Assembly (NCBI GenBank): GCA_044226625.1
Contig: JBGAGQ010000002.1
Span: 64,001 to 128,000 of the forward strand
DNA from: Thermoanaerobaculia bacterium
GTDB taxonomy: Bacteria; Acidobacteriota; Thermoanaerobaculia; Multivoradales; UBA5704
Direction of reading: 5' to 3'
Length of the DNA stretch: 64,000 bases
Shown here: positions 15,001 to 21,417 of the stretch, piece after piece
Numbering within the stretch: the first letter of the stretch is position 1
Layout: every line of letters begins with the position of its first letter
The notes under the pieces: generated by a model
Told to the model about the DNA's origin: nothing
Seen by the model: the letters and a program-made list of their open reading frames with translations, nothing else
Databases searched by the model: none
Position numbers and translations under genes: made by a program

Positions 15001-15009
15001 ACCCCCTGA
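1..15009 (+). CDS. Giant modular surface/adhesin-like protein (5'-partial, >=5000 aa): carboxypeptidase-regulatory-like beta-sandwich repeats, bacterial Ig-like domains, vWA, IPT/TIG, TSP3-like Ca-binding repeats
   Basis: Frame 1 is open from base 1 to TGA at 15007-15009. Many G-x-V/I-x-G-x-V...G-x-F/Y-x-F repeats, Ig-like 'PTVSITxP...ATDDV.V..VE' units, vWA start 'DVILAIDNS', IPT 'P.AG..GTTV.VIG', and dozens of DxDGDGLxD motifs. Confidence 0.9.
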   Translation, partial: RLANIELIPVAPGRTVAYLKANERGRVLIAARVEGVLTAVEIDLELPNDADRDGMTDEYEIAKGFNPNNPADALEDPDGDNLSNLQEFELGTDPRNTDTDADGLADDREIELGTLPTNPDSDGDGFVDSQEIDHGTNPLLGDSDGDGLLDGLEIAIESDPLVANLTTVVVGRVVDSEGVAVQGAAAAAYGRIVGTTDRGGAFTLGRVPADRGPIAVFARALRGGSALEGNSAPTAPIAGATTDVGTIQVVPMSSRVSGRVLDAFGRNAVPGVRVVARSTFDVRQTNTDATGVFTFDRMVPGMIRIEATDPRTGLRGRADVHLEPDGEAVATIVLGSFGSIEGRALGRDAVTPAGPGVIVRRMIGVNVAETTTTGADSTYRFAFVPLGGYTVETSNSQGDRGRTPVIIQATSQTVVADIAFLGRGTVNGVVETETGQPVPGAPVELSGNSIFEQRLSTFSAADGTFSLSGVFVGRFAVSATNPANGLAGTASGEIRNEADHDAVTIVVRATGTLVGTVFDFDGTTPVAGASVSVGIRSTTTDASGNYRLELLPLRGYTVSASHPTLPSCGSASTALTEPNQTVQRDITLRGTADLRVHVVYADGSPASAAALSLGGGFCTVERHGTADAQGEIVFAPLPVGSFSVEALGPIGSVRGSVSTELLPGEHGEVTIELEPVGTIAGHVFQSDGVTPVAGMTVNLVGGGRSQRSAADGSFRFDLVKVAGSPYTLQALDAQNVVLAEETGVVLHRQGELVERNLVLIPLGTVTGTVYGVDGVPKGGVVVGVSGALGRIPTRFATSDVNGIYRATRVAAVGAVTASARDALGFTGSGTGTLVGENAVATVDVHLNGEALVAELYDANNYVYPIEFPNGGVRDGELGLFNVDRKDERGGLRLELGTGGSFHRFLGNRTLVTLDRHEAIVEGDDAATGLHVKRRARVPQDGYFVRYIEELSNPTAQPITVDLRLATYMRFVANTRGSGRFFDPQAITATSSGDAELAVGGASPDRWVAFDVNLSGRAYFDEVYPSFGHVFDGPGGRVAVSTSSYDFLFGANNPIGTESYTRLLERWSNLTIPPGERALLLHFGIQETGPQAVRTAAERLVQLPPEAYEGLDASDLERVMNFAMNPAGTSTLPALPPLDGVIAGRVLEGDHATPVPGAAITYQSEHPLFQRKYVVGADSAGAYRVAGTAVNLGGRRVVPRTSFMEIARNTRTQQFTPTLRGEFPGGAPSVNLDLVFTGTGSVIGTVKRTDGNVVSFGDVVIRARQQLINLSAGLPAAGTFRFLGLPPDVYSLVATQPHPQGTGLKGAASARITGDGSEVLANITLDPVGGVFGTVRAGDGNVAPNLEVMMTSPTAPEFLRMVRTDTGGAYRFFDAPVGSYVLTVVEPITHIPSRVGVTIPENQNVAQDIELFGIGDIQVVARYSDGTPVPQGLVRLQVAPLGPNPVPVGKTDASGRLLIEDVPTGAFGIEVRHPRTPESAGSASGNLLHGGDLVTVEITVPVDHAPTVEMVSPLPGLQVVRGQSVLIQANALDDFKVASVEFAINGVKVGAVGTSPYRVTVPIDAPAGSPAEVRATAIDSGGNRTTAAVTIQVVADTHPPTVSITRPLSGTSAVEGTPVLVEAAPADDIRVARVELRANGALIKTLQGPPYQATYDVPSDLAPTATVLVPIAATVYDGAGNQQTASVILRVLPDRAPTITVTDAPADNVELPEGATIHFAATATDDVRVEVDLYLNGQKIQTRGGAPFAFNAKLPSLSAGAPNPVTYQLIARDSQGQTTAAPAIHVRIKADAPPTISLTAPADGADVIEGSTVAIDAAATDDVSLAKVELYVADEKIASLVAPPYHAAFQVASGIEGSRLEIRAVATDASGQTAEATATLTRRDDATPPAVSITSPADGASVALGATDVILAIDNSSASSVTTGVDYTGDGTAETILGAEIYAARQVLARLTPTVSRVAIVRAGVPASAYLGLTADFELVDQRLGDLLAGGTSGGSNLDTTLAVCWGELGSIRARRTASPLTILFATGGSAASEAELGRAVDAGERIHALDFGAIASPNLVAIATATGGASARVRSVADLGNALPLILSSGDQIAISADATDDVAVRAVTFSIVSADGSFDRTFVDEAPPFAASFTAPTIQQPLGLTVTATARDFGGNDVSSPPVSVTLAPGVASPQLVRLQPAAGTIGTTVQVIGRAFAPNPADDAVRFAGGTSGVPATVSSGNKFSLTVTVPAGAASGPVTVTVDGETSNGVAFSLDSDGDGLTDEQEVALGTNPNDRDTDDDGLEDGAEVNAHHTNPLLADSDGDGLNDGFEVRNGFDPLAGGEQGLDPDADGLTNLEEQTAGTDPNRADTDHDGLTDGAEVHTHHTNPTLFDTDTGGVDDGTEIQNGTNPLDSTDDAVSLPRTLRDGAGVDWQVREHMGSQGDPGDGGFAIYSSGFFVRGAFDLITDDLTNNRPRLLFGSNTLNRAIPEDGGRELRLGPVVRSGLNVSRKIFVPSDDSFVRYLEIFENPTENPVPVRAEITSKVGTEAKTEVVATSSGGTTFGLHDRFIVTDDADGTGHAAVAHVIAGPNAKSLPAEVYSTRLESAEPGDDVIDYAYRFVVPPGETRAILHFGVKNPTRAAVRTKVDQLLTLSGRALSGLSASEQAAVINFFAYADADQDGLADSDEAAHGADPGDSDSDDDELSDGFEVRYGFDPAAAGEQHLDPDGDGLDNLAEQDALADPTKADTDGDGLTDAAEVAAGTEASLADSDFDDLSDSAEISTHGTDPKRHDSDGGGVPDGPEIVGATDPQDPEDDRRVIVPPVETDGARWRWDLTSDARFRNGSDGAFADSGSVGFSGGFESSIDGLRHPSESGDQIYGEDGVREIVYAKTGYIQPKRTALWTRKIFIPKDDSFARILDIFEPPFAAPVDVELEVRSTLGSGSSTVLVKTGSGDLQFLPDDDWIVTDDLDAVGRPAIAHVLAGPTGDLRPELVSTSAPGGGQVRWTYRLHIPAGERRALLSFGVQRKTRAEALAVADRLARLAPQAPFGLAALSGLSPAEQGEIVNFFAYPDADLDRLSDADEARLGTDPNDPDTDGDGMTDGFEVSGGLDPTSPGDAHADPDGDGLDNLGEFAAHSLPNDPDTDDDGLSDGDEVLTYHSNPIVGDTDGDGLVDGVEVHTHHTSPTLADTDGGGRSDGDEVRDGTDPLNPADDFGSRALPTEMLDRDGFRWDVQKNGSILAGSLAFSGAARLEVNGLAFPEFADARTEPGGRELLIGPWRPTSGVNQGLQVTRKVFVPSDDTFARYLESIENTTDAPVVARLVVRTQERGAVQVLTTSSGDTTFDRADRWLSLDDDDGGSGDLQPPVALALAGPAARLRPDEASQSPALSTFAYEVRIPPHSRAIVMHFLTQQGSREEAAAKGADLEHLRGSARAGLEPDEPAEIENFFAFADLDFDGLADTDEATAGTDPANPDGDGDGLLDGFEARYGFDPLTAGEQHQDPDGDGLDNLAEQSAGTDPSLADTDGDGLSDGAEVSVHHTDPLDDDSDEGGRGDATEIQVDGTDPADGADDLRPATPTAFGTADGLGYRWILSETQGYVFTGPTNVFSPGSQLEVDNQSFYEPVKKPLGSPDQRLWSFGPIDLSSGLLASRKVYVPGDSGFARYVEVLENPTAGPISAVVQVNDQFSVGYSYLGTSSGDAALDAGDSWALFDDGDGSGAPAYLSLFAGPGGKVKPLFARTDVPGGSQNQFYYRITIPPGGKAALLHFLLLRGSRSDAATAASDLSRLPQTALAHLTAVDQAAIANFFAYLDSDGDLLSDDDEARLGTDPNRADTDGDGITDGYEVAHGLNPLSAADGAADPDGDGLANLEEATARTDPHVADTDGDGLLDGAEVHTHATDPTKADTDTDGLRDGREIELGTNPKLADTDGGGATDGEEIEDGTDPLVAADDAGAIVLDPDVADPIAQGASAAVDRDRNVHLIWHDQNSCAFRYSLRDRLGRAKIAATTLTQTCNGSKPSLAIDGRGVVHLTWSEDDGGGTARLWYARVDPSRDDRDGSAADPAAILTIAPRWVAAAPAATSSDLRPIVVADDVGVSHVAWFEERRERNAEGSFLTRDFLHATRISAGTRLEISDRLLDVAPYFDTARFAAALDDGGDLHLATGSYRAPDSQEAMPGLWYWMLDGRSNELKIAATRLVVEDTPAGLARLLARGDRVSAVFRSGSDSRQVLRVEVEPGRDDRSGDAADPSVIVVSGPTELPSPEPGPTTAGTGLAGAAFDRDGAAYLAFNSSDLFDNSSVDLLAEALGSDGSTLFPARSVRRRAVYLGGEEISGAAVAGTCYVPWVRREPTFENRLVLSVVNPDADGDGLANLGEETAGTDPRAVDTDHDGLRDGFEVRYAFNPLAAGEAGGDPDADALTNAQEQAAGTDPRRADTDGDGLSDGQEVNVLHTDPTRRDTDRDGLDDRDETLRGSDPNDVDSDGDGLPDGVEVERGTNPTSPADGAFDEDGDGLSAGEEYAAGTDPTAPDTDHDGLSDGDEVHVHHTDPTLDDSDRDGLADAYEIATSHTDPNLWDGDGGGRSDGQEVRFDGTNPSVAGDDLAATWINEYPYVYGQTVERDAAGNSHVFWLGGDYGELTYSMISPSGATLINDTELFDTQAFPDRPKSAVGPDGRLHLVWFEQEALHHLAIDPSLDDRDGSAADPATIRVQGPTTIGDPASTFERVDEEIAVGPDGRVHLAWVELATRGCCGNSEAFDQIHYQQLDAAGNVRLADRAVYECKAVRQQGSEQLAPTVAPRSHFASGSPTLPNLAVAADGSVHLLFTCEGPTDGQGLHELMLDGATGAVRIGATNLVPASGENVVRARARVAADGSVVVTFDRGTTSREVQLIRFQPALDDRDGSPANPATIVTLGPVTVTPRDEIPSDHSDLALDATGRPIVTFFEHPFYRLDSGLPKLVVAETNGVPLAPPIDLSSRQLVETVSTEVLPVSAGGSGISTAILGYDPDTFESRILLLRFTP
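6772..13750 (+). repeat. Intragenic clusters of TSP3-like DxDxDGLxDxxE...GTDP Ca-binding repeats
   Basis: Clusters at about 6772-7200, 7975-8400, 9166-9595, 10310-10670, 11385-11810 and 13040-13750; another lies at 145-480. Confidence 0.85.
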
Positions 15010-15066
15010 TTTGCCTTCGTGGGCCGGGCCACCGCCCGGCTCACCTTGGCGCAAAGGGGGGCGGGG

Positions 15067-17607
15067 TCAGGGACAGGGAACGTTGACGTTGAACGGTTCC
15101 CACTCCTGTGCGACGAGCAGGGAGTCCTTTTCCGTACTGCCGTTGGCGAACGTTGCGCCGCCGCCCAGGCTGAGATGATAGAGGCCGGATCCGCTCGGCA
15201 AGGAATCACGAAAGACCACAAGGGAGATCTGGCCGCAGGCATTCGCGGGGAAATTGCACTGCGCCGCTCCCGCCGTGGTCTGGCAGAACTCCGGTTGGGT
15301 GACGCTGGCGATGTGAAGCGTCAGATGCCCGGAAGCCGTGGTCGCCGAAACGATGCCCTCCGGAATGACCACGATGTCGGACTTGGTGGATAACACCTCT
15401 TCGTCGTTGAGGAGCGAAAGCTCGGCGGGATAGCGACCCGGCGACGAAAAGCTGTGAGTGATCGAGGTCGGGGACGGCAGCGCTATCTGCTCGCCGTCGA
15501 TCGTCCATCGGTACGTGTCGACGAGATGTACCAAGTCCGAGCTCGCCCGCGGATCGAGCTTCACCACGACTTGCGGGTAGGCGGACACCAACGTGGCGAC
15601 GGAAAAGCGAGCGACCGGACTCCAGGAAGGAGCGCCGCTCACCAACTGAAAGATCTCCGAGCGCGCCTCGAACTCGCGAGCCGTTCCGCACTGTACGAGA
15701 AGGTTGGCGCCGAGGTTCGGAAGGCCGGGCGGCAACTGAACCCGCACTCCGTCGGCAAATGACTGTACCCCGGCGAGAAGGATGGGCGCCCGGCCCGGTA
15801 TCTCCAGCGAAACCGTGGGCGGATCGCAGCGCACCGTCGATAGGGGAGCGGTGCCATCGAACGACCAAACCACCGTCCGCTGGGTCCCCGAGAGCCATCG
15901 GGCGAGCGGCGAAGGATGGTCGATCTGAAAGGGACCCAAGGGATCGACGACGACTTCGACCTTGGAAAACGCAAAGCCTCCCTGGCCGTTTCGCGCCGTG
16001 ATCCAGAAATTCATCGTCCCACCGGGGGGAGGAGGCAGCTCGCCGTCTTCGGGATGTGCCGGATCTTTCGGAAACGTCCGGCGCTCCGCCGCTTCCGCCG
16101 GAAACGAGCGAAACAGGGGAGGTGCTCCGTAGTCGTGCTGTTCCCAGGTATAGGTCACATTGCCCCCTGTTGCGCTCTTCTCCAGGGCAAAGGCCATCCC
16201 CTTGGGGATCGTGATCCTCTCGGGAGTTCCCGTCGGCGCGAACTGAGGGGGGCTGATCGACGAAAGGACCTGACCGCAGCCCGACCCGGACGCGGTGGAA
16301 ACGTGATTGCGGATCGATTCCAGGCTGTCGGCGTGGAAGTATAGGTCGGGGAAACACTGCAGGGTGTCCGGTGCCAGGCAGCGGCCGGCATAACTCATGA
16401 TCGTCGAGCCGCCAAGCGGTTCGAAGGCGGTCAAGGCATTGACGCTCCCCTCGCAATAGGAGTCCGAGGCGTGGAACGTGTGCTGGGCTCCCAACTGGTG
16501 GCCCATTTCATGGAGGAAGGCGTGGAAGAAGCGGTCGCGCGTCGAGTCCCAGCCGGTTGCATCGGGATCGTCGGGGGCTCCAGTGGTGACTCCATATGCC
16601 TTGTAGTACGGGGAGCCACAAACGCCGACGCCCGACAAGCCCGCCGAGGCATTGCAATCGCCGGTTCCACAAGGCTTCGAGAAGGCATGCCCGAGATCGT
16701 ATCCGTCGGGACCCAGCACGCCGGGATGATCCAGGTACGATTGGTTCTTGGTAAAGAGATCTTGTTGGCAAGCTACTAGATCGGCAGGAGTCGAGCACTC
16801 CGGAAGTTGGAGCCGAATCGCCGAACGGCGTAAGGAAATCCCGAGCTGTTGCTCGAAGATCATGCTCGCCTGACTCAGTAGGGACGCCATCAGCCGCACC
16901 GTATGGGCCCGCGACCCGAGGGGGTTATAGAACGAGGGGGTCGCCGACAGGGCGACTCGAATCTCTCGCCGATCGGACGACATGGAGATTTCTTCGCGAG
17001 AGATCTCGCCGATCCGCTCGATCCCCGAATCTTGTGGGGTCGAACAGTAAAAAGGTAGAACGGTTGCCGTTCCGGAAGGCTTGGAGCCCGGAAGGTAGCG
17101 GGTCATTCGAGAGAGACCCGGATCGTCGCGATCGGAATCGATGCGGGTGGAACGCCCCTTCGCGAGGACCATCCCGGAGAAACCCGAGTCCCAAAGGACC
17201 AGGTCAGCCCTCTCGTCGGGCCGATCGAGACCAACCCCCCTGAAAGTACGGATCTCTGGAAATTCGGCGGCCGCCGAATCGGCAAGGATCGAGGTGCGAA
17301 CGAAGGCGAACCGGTGGCGGCCGCCGTCCCAATCGGGGAGCGCGATCACGAGAGCGTCCTTCGAGCCCTGTCCCGACTCGAGCGGAGCGAAATCGAGCCG
17401 GCGAGAGAGCTCCGAGGAATCGACCCGAAAGAGTACGAGGGATCGAGGCCCGGGGGCGCTCTCGACCCTCCCCGCGCCGGGCGCTTCGACGAAGAGGTCC
17501 GCGGGCTCCGGGCTCGAAGCCGCGATTGGAATCGGCATCGAGAGAACGAAAAAGGCGGCGAGCCAGCCGATCGCCGAAGGAAGACGTGAGGCAGACATGG
17601 TTTCCAT
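15067..17607 (-). CDS. Secreted M12 (reprolysin-like) zinc metalloprotease with propeptide and C-terminal PKD-like domain
   Basis: HEMGHQLGAQH zinc motif, Met-turn STIMSYA, signal peptide (MSASRLPSAIGWLAAFFVLSMPIPIAA), propeptide ending FYC, PKD-like 'YRWTIDG...HSFSSPGRY'. Start uncertain (17598 or 17607). Confidence 0.88.
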   Translation of the reverse strand: METMSASRLPSAIGWLAAFFVLSMPIPIAASSPEPADLFVEAPGAGRVESAPGPRSLVLFRVDSSELSRRLDFAPLESGQGSKDALVIALPDWDGGRHRFAFVRTSILADSAAAEFPEIRTFRGVGLDRPDERADLVLWDSGFSGMVLAKGRSTRIDSDRDDPGLSRMTRYLPGSKPSGTATVLPFYCSTPQDSGIERIGEISREEISMSSDRREIRVALSATPSFYNPLGSRAHTVRLMASLLSQASMIFEQQLGISLRRSAIRLQLPECSTPADLVACQQDLFTKNQSYLDHPGVLGPDGYDLGHAFSKPCGTGDCNASAGLSGVGVCGSPYYKAYGVTTGAPDDPDATGWDSTRDRFFHAFLHEMGHQLGAQHTFHASDSYCEGSVNALTAFEPLGGSTIMSYAGRCLAPDTLQCFPDLYFHADSLESIRNHVSTASGSGCGQVLSSISPPQFAPTGTPERITIPKGMAFALEKSATGGNVTYTWEQHDYGAPPLFRSFPAEAAERRTFPKDPAHPEDGELPPPPGGTMNFWITARNGQGGFAFSKVEVVVDPLGPFQIDHPSPLARWLSGTQRTVVWSFDGTAPLSTVRCDPPTVSLEIPGRAPILLAGVQSFADGVRVQLPPGLPNLGANLLVQCGTAREFEARSEIFQLVSGAPSWSPVARFSVATLVSAYPQVVVKLDPRASSDLVHLVDTYRWTIDGEQIALPSPTSITHSFSSPGRYPAELSLLNDEEVLSTKSDIVVIPEGIVSATTASGHLTLHIASVTQPEFCQTTAGAAQCNFPANACGQISLVVFRDSLPSGSGLYHLSLGGGATFANGSTEKDSLLVAQEWEPFNVNVPCP

Positions 17608-17869
17608 GGACTTCTCCCTGAGCGTCATGAGGCTCCTCGTGGAGCCTCGCGGTGTCCTGCTCAAGGTTGATCCCGGCCCCGACCGAAAGGGTTAGATAGG
17701 CCCCGCTCCACCGCTGTAACACCCTTGCCAAAAAATTCGCCGAAGGGTGTAGGGCACCTCGGCGCGCGGAGCGTTTCGTGGATCGGATTCGCGGAAGCGC
17801 TCGGCGGCGAAAGGATCGATCGAACCGCATCGATCGAGCCGCTTGGGGGCTCGCCTGAAAGGACGGCCG

Positions 17870-20800
17870 ATGGCGGAGAAACTCGTTCGGTTGGATTTCT
17901 CTCTCGGGCGGCTACTCGACGCGATCGCCCCTCGGGGACCGCGCGAGCTACGCGTCGCGGTTCGGCGGCCGGACGATCTACTGGTCTTCGATCTCCGGGT
18001 CGATCGCCTGGAGCTGCGAGGGGGCGAAGAGCCGCGGCTCGTCCGCTCCGGGGCGGGGCTGGCCCGGTTGATCCTCGAGCTTCCGCCGCAGAGCTTTGGG
18101 GAGGAAGCGTTCCTCGAGGTCCCGGCTCCCGAGACCGACGTCGACAGAGAGCCGGCGAACTTGAAGAAGCGTAACGTGCCGGTCGGCGCGACCGAGCCGG
18201 TGCCGCCACTCCCCTCCGCGCGGATCCGCATGTCCGGCCCGAGCCGACTCGCGTTTCTGATGCCCGAAGCGGTCGACGAGCTGCCGTTCACGCTGGAGGC
18301 CGTGCTCGGGGCGATGCGCACCTGGCCGCTCGCCCTCGATCTGTGCGCCGTGCCCGATCCGAATCCGCGTCTCGACGGGCGCTTCGACGGCCTGCATCTT
18401 TCCGATCTCTCGTCCTCGGCCGGCTGGCTCTCGACGGTCCACGTGCTCTCCTCGGCCCTCGAAGCGGCAGGGGCCCACGGCTTCGAGCGCGCCCTGAAGG
18501 CCGCGGCGCGGCGGGTCGCCGAGCGGTCCGCCGGAGGGCTCGCCGGCGAACGCGAGCGTAGGGGCGCCGCTCGGGGAGGCGAATCGGACTTCGGTCTGGA
18601 TGCGTTTTCCGACGTGATGCTTCGCGCGCTCGACGTCGAGATCGATCCGCTGCTCGGGAAGTTTCCGCTCCTTCGAGAAGGGCCTCATCACCGGGCCGCC
18701 ATCGCCGCCCTGGCGCTCGCCTCGGCGGGCTCTCTCGCCGATCTCGCGGGGCCGCTCGAGGATCTCGACCTGACGGCGAAAATCCCGTGGCTGCCACTGC
18801 TGCTCGAGCCACACGAGCCCTCCGGCAAAGTGACCGCGATCGAGCTGCCGTACCGCCTGATCCTGACGCCGATCGAGGCGGCACGGTTCCGGCACCGGGC
18901 CGCGCCGTTCGTCCACGCCGGCCGGACGGAGCTCTGGCATACGCGCCTCGCGACCGCGGCGGGGGAGGCCGGTCCCGACGGCACGTCGAAGGTGCGCGCG
19001 TTCTGGTCGCCCGACGTTCCGCTGCCCGCTCCCGAGCCGTTCCGATCGAGCCTCGCCCCTCTCGATCGAAAGATGCTGGTCCAGCTGATGGCGGGTTTCC
19101 AGGAGATCCGGGCCGACCGTGCTCCCTACAAACCGCGCGCGGCGAAGGCCGACCGACTCCATCTGTCGGCGCTCGGCGGTCTGCTCGACTCCGAAGGGAA
19201 TTGGGACAAGCGGCCGGGCACCGTCGACATCGAGCAGTGGCGGCACCTCGCGACGCTCGGTCGCGACCATTACGTCCGCGTGGTCTACGCCGGACGCCTC
19301 TATCCGTTCGGGCACAGCGCCTCGCTGGTCAAGGTGACCGAGCGAAAATTCGAGGCGCTCGACGCGCGCGCGCCCAGACGCCGGGCCGCCGTGCTGCGCC
19401 AGCGGTTTTTCCTCGTCGTTCGCGAGCGGGTCCGGCTCTACGACGGCTCGCGGCACCCGTACGAGGGACGCAACTTCCCGTTCACCCGCGTGGAGATCCT
19501 CACCCGCGTCACCCCGGACCTGCGGGACCCGGGCAAGCCGGGCACCGTGAGCGCGCTCGTTCCGGCCCCGGGCGACGTGATCTTCGACCCGGCTCTACCG
19601 GTCGTCCCGCGGATGGCGTTCTGGCCGGTCGCCGCGGACGGGACGTTCCGTTTCGAGATCCGGACCCTCGATCCATGCGGACACGAGGCATCGTTCAACC
19701 TGCCGCTTCTCTTCGTCGGCGAGACCGCGAACCGGTTGAAGCCCGTCGAGATCCGCCGCGCCTACGACGAGCCGGGGACCGTATCGCGGCGGATCGCCTC
19801 GCTCGGCGGAGCGACCGTCTGCTACGTGCCTTGCAGCCCCGGCACGCTCGGCACCCCCTGCCTGCCGACCGAAGCGCTCACCTTTTGGGCGGGCGATACG
19901 ACGGACGTTCGGCCGCTCGACGCGAACGTCTATCCGGAGGTCTCGCTCACCGACTTTTCGATGTCGGTGTTCGAAAAGCTGCTCGGCCGAAAGGCGTCGG
20001 CCCGGGCGCGCTATGCCGACGCGTATCGCGACCACGGGTTCGGCGGCGACAACCCGGGCGAGGTCTTTCTTGCGCTCGATCCTGCCCTGCCTCTGCGCTT
20101 CGGCGGCGGCGCGGGGGAGGCCAAGAGCGACGCGCTCGGCGCGATCGCGGCGCCGCAGATGGCGATCTTCGGTCTCTCGCGCATCATGGGGCCGGTGGCC
20201 TCCAAGCCGAGCGGCGGCTCGGTCGATACGGCGGTGGCCGGGACGTTCGATCCGAAGGAGTTCTTCGACGGCGCCACAATCCTCGGCGGCGTCGATCTCG
20301 GGACGATCTTCGACGGGGCGAAAAATCTCGCGGGCGACGACGTGCCGAAATTCCTCCACCGCGAGCTGCCCGACCGGCTGGAGGCTTCGTTCTCGTGGGA
20401 CTCCGAGGTGAAGCGCTCCGATCCGCTCAAGCTCCTGATCCCGCGGGCCGACGGCGCGTCGCCCACCCGGCTCATGATGAAGGGGATCTCCTCGGCGCCG
20501 CTGTCCGACCCCTCGGGCGCCACCTATCGCGCGACCGCCTCGCTCGACAACTTCAAGATCAACCTGTTCGGCTGCATCATCCTCTGGTTCGAAGAGCTTC
20601 GATTCGACGCGCAGAAGGGGCGCAGGCCCGATGTCGTGGTGCAGCTCAAGGCGGGGGAGGACGGGGTGCGGTTCGGCGGACCGCTCGAGTTCGTGAACAC
20701 CCTCCGCCAGGTGATCCCGGCGAACGGCTTCTCTGACCCGCCCGCGCTCTCGGTGACGCCGAGCGGCATCGAGGCGGGCTACTCGCTCAACCTTCCCACC

Positions 20801-21415
20801 CTGGGCGTGGGGGTTTTCACCCTCTCGAACGCCTCGCTCGGCGCCGCGTTCGCCTTGCCGTTCGACTCGCGGCCCGCCGCCGTTCGTTTCAATTTCTCCG
20901 ATCGGGCGCACCCGTTCAGCCTGACCGTCTCGGCGCTCGGTGGGGGTGGATTCTTCGCGATCGGCGTGACCGCCCGGGGGGTGAACGAGATCGAGGCGGC
21001 GCTGGAGGTCGGGGCGGCCCTCGCGATCGACCTCGGCGTCGCCTCGGGGTTCGTCGAGGCGAAGGTGGGGATCTATTTCCATTGGCTCGAGCCGACCCCC
21101 GGCAAGGGCTCGGTCGAGCTCGCGGGGTATGTGCGGCTCTACGGCGAGCTCTCGGTGCTCTCTCTCGTGTCGGTTTCTCTCACCTTCTACCTCCAGCTCG
21201 CCTACCGGAAGGACCAGGCGGTCCACCGCTCTTCCGTCTGGGGGGAGGCGACGCTCACCGTCGAGATCGAGCTGCTGTTCTTCAGCTTCGACGTCTCGGT
21301 CACCTGTCGCCGCGAGCTCGGGGGAGCCGAATCGGATCCCAAGTTCATCGACCTGATGCCGAGCTCCCGCGCTTGGAGCGCCTATTGCGACGCGTTCGCC
21401 GAAGAGGGGATCTGA
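17870..21415 (+). CDS. Large hypothetical protein (~1180 aa) with beta-rich C-terminus
   Basis: Long ORF with host-like codon use; AAAGGA upstream of ATG 17870; no recognised catalytic motif or signal peptide. Confidence 0.8.
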   Translation: MAEKLVRLDFSLGRLLDAIAPRGPRELRVAVRRPDDLLVFDLRVDRLELRGGEEPRLVRSGAGLARLILELPPQSFGEEAFLEVPAPETDVDREPANLKKRNVPVGATEPVPPLPSARIRMSGPSRLAFLMPEAVDELPFTLEAVLGAMRTWPLALDLCAVPDPNPRLDGRFDGLHLSDLSSSAGWLSTVHVLSSALEAAGAHGFERALKAAARRVAERSAGGLAGERERRGAARGGESDFGLDAFSDVMLRALDVEIDPLLGKFPLLREGPHHRAAIAALALASAGSLADLAGPLEDLDLTAKIPWLPLLLEPHEPSGKVTAIELPYRLILTPIEAARFRHRAAPFVHAGRTELWHTRLATAAGEAGPDGTSKVRAFWSPDVPLPAPEPFRSSLAPLDRKMLVQLMAGFQEIRADRAPYKPRAAKADRLHLSALGGLLDSEGNWDKRPGTVDIEQWRHLATLGRDHYVRVVYAGRLYPFGHSASLVKVTERKFEALDARAPRRRAAVLRQRFFLVVRERVRLYDGSRHPYEGRNFPFTRVEILTRVTPDLRDPGKPGTVSALVPAPGDVIFDPALPVVPRMAFWPVAADGTFRFEIRTLDPCGHEASFNLPLLFVGETANRLKPVEIRRAYDEPGTVSRRIASLGGATVCYVPCSPGTLGTPCLPTEALTFWAGDTTDVRPLDANVYPEVSLTDFSMSVFEKLLGRKASARARYADAYRDHGFGGDNPGEVFLALDPALPLRFGGGAGEAKSDALGAIAAPQMAIFGLSRIMGPVASKPSGGSVDTAVAGTFDPKEFFDGATILGGVDLGTIFDGAKNLAGDDVPKFLHRELPDRLEASFSWDSEVKRSDPLKLLIPRADGASPTRLMMKGISSAPLSDPSGATYRATASLDNFKINLFGCIILWFEELRFDAQKGRRPDVVVQLKAGEDGVRFGGPLEFVNTLRQVIPANGFSDPPALSVTPSGIEAGYSLNLPTLGVGVFTLSNASLGAAFALPFDSRPAAVRFNFSDRAHPFSLTVSALGGGGFFAIGVTARGVNEIEAALEVGAALAIDLGVASGFVEAKVGIYFHWLEPTPGKGSVELAGYVRLYGELSVLSLVSVSLTFYLQLAYRKDQAVHRSSVWGEATLTVEIELLFFSFDVSVTCRRELGGAESDPKFIDLMPSSRAWSAYCDAFAEEGI

Positions 21416-21417
21416 GA

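Noticed and set aside
17725-17756. Sigma70-like promoter TTGCCA...TAGGGC
   Set aside because: Spacer of 19 nt and a weak -10 element; not supportable.
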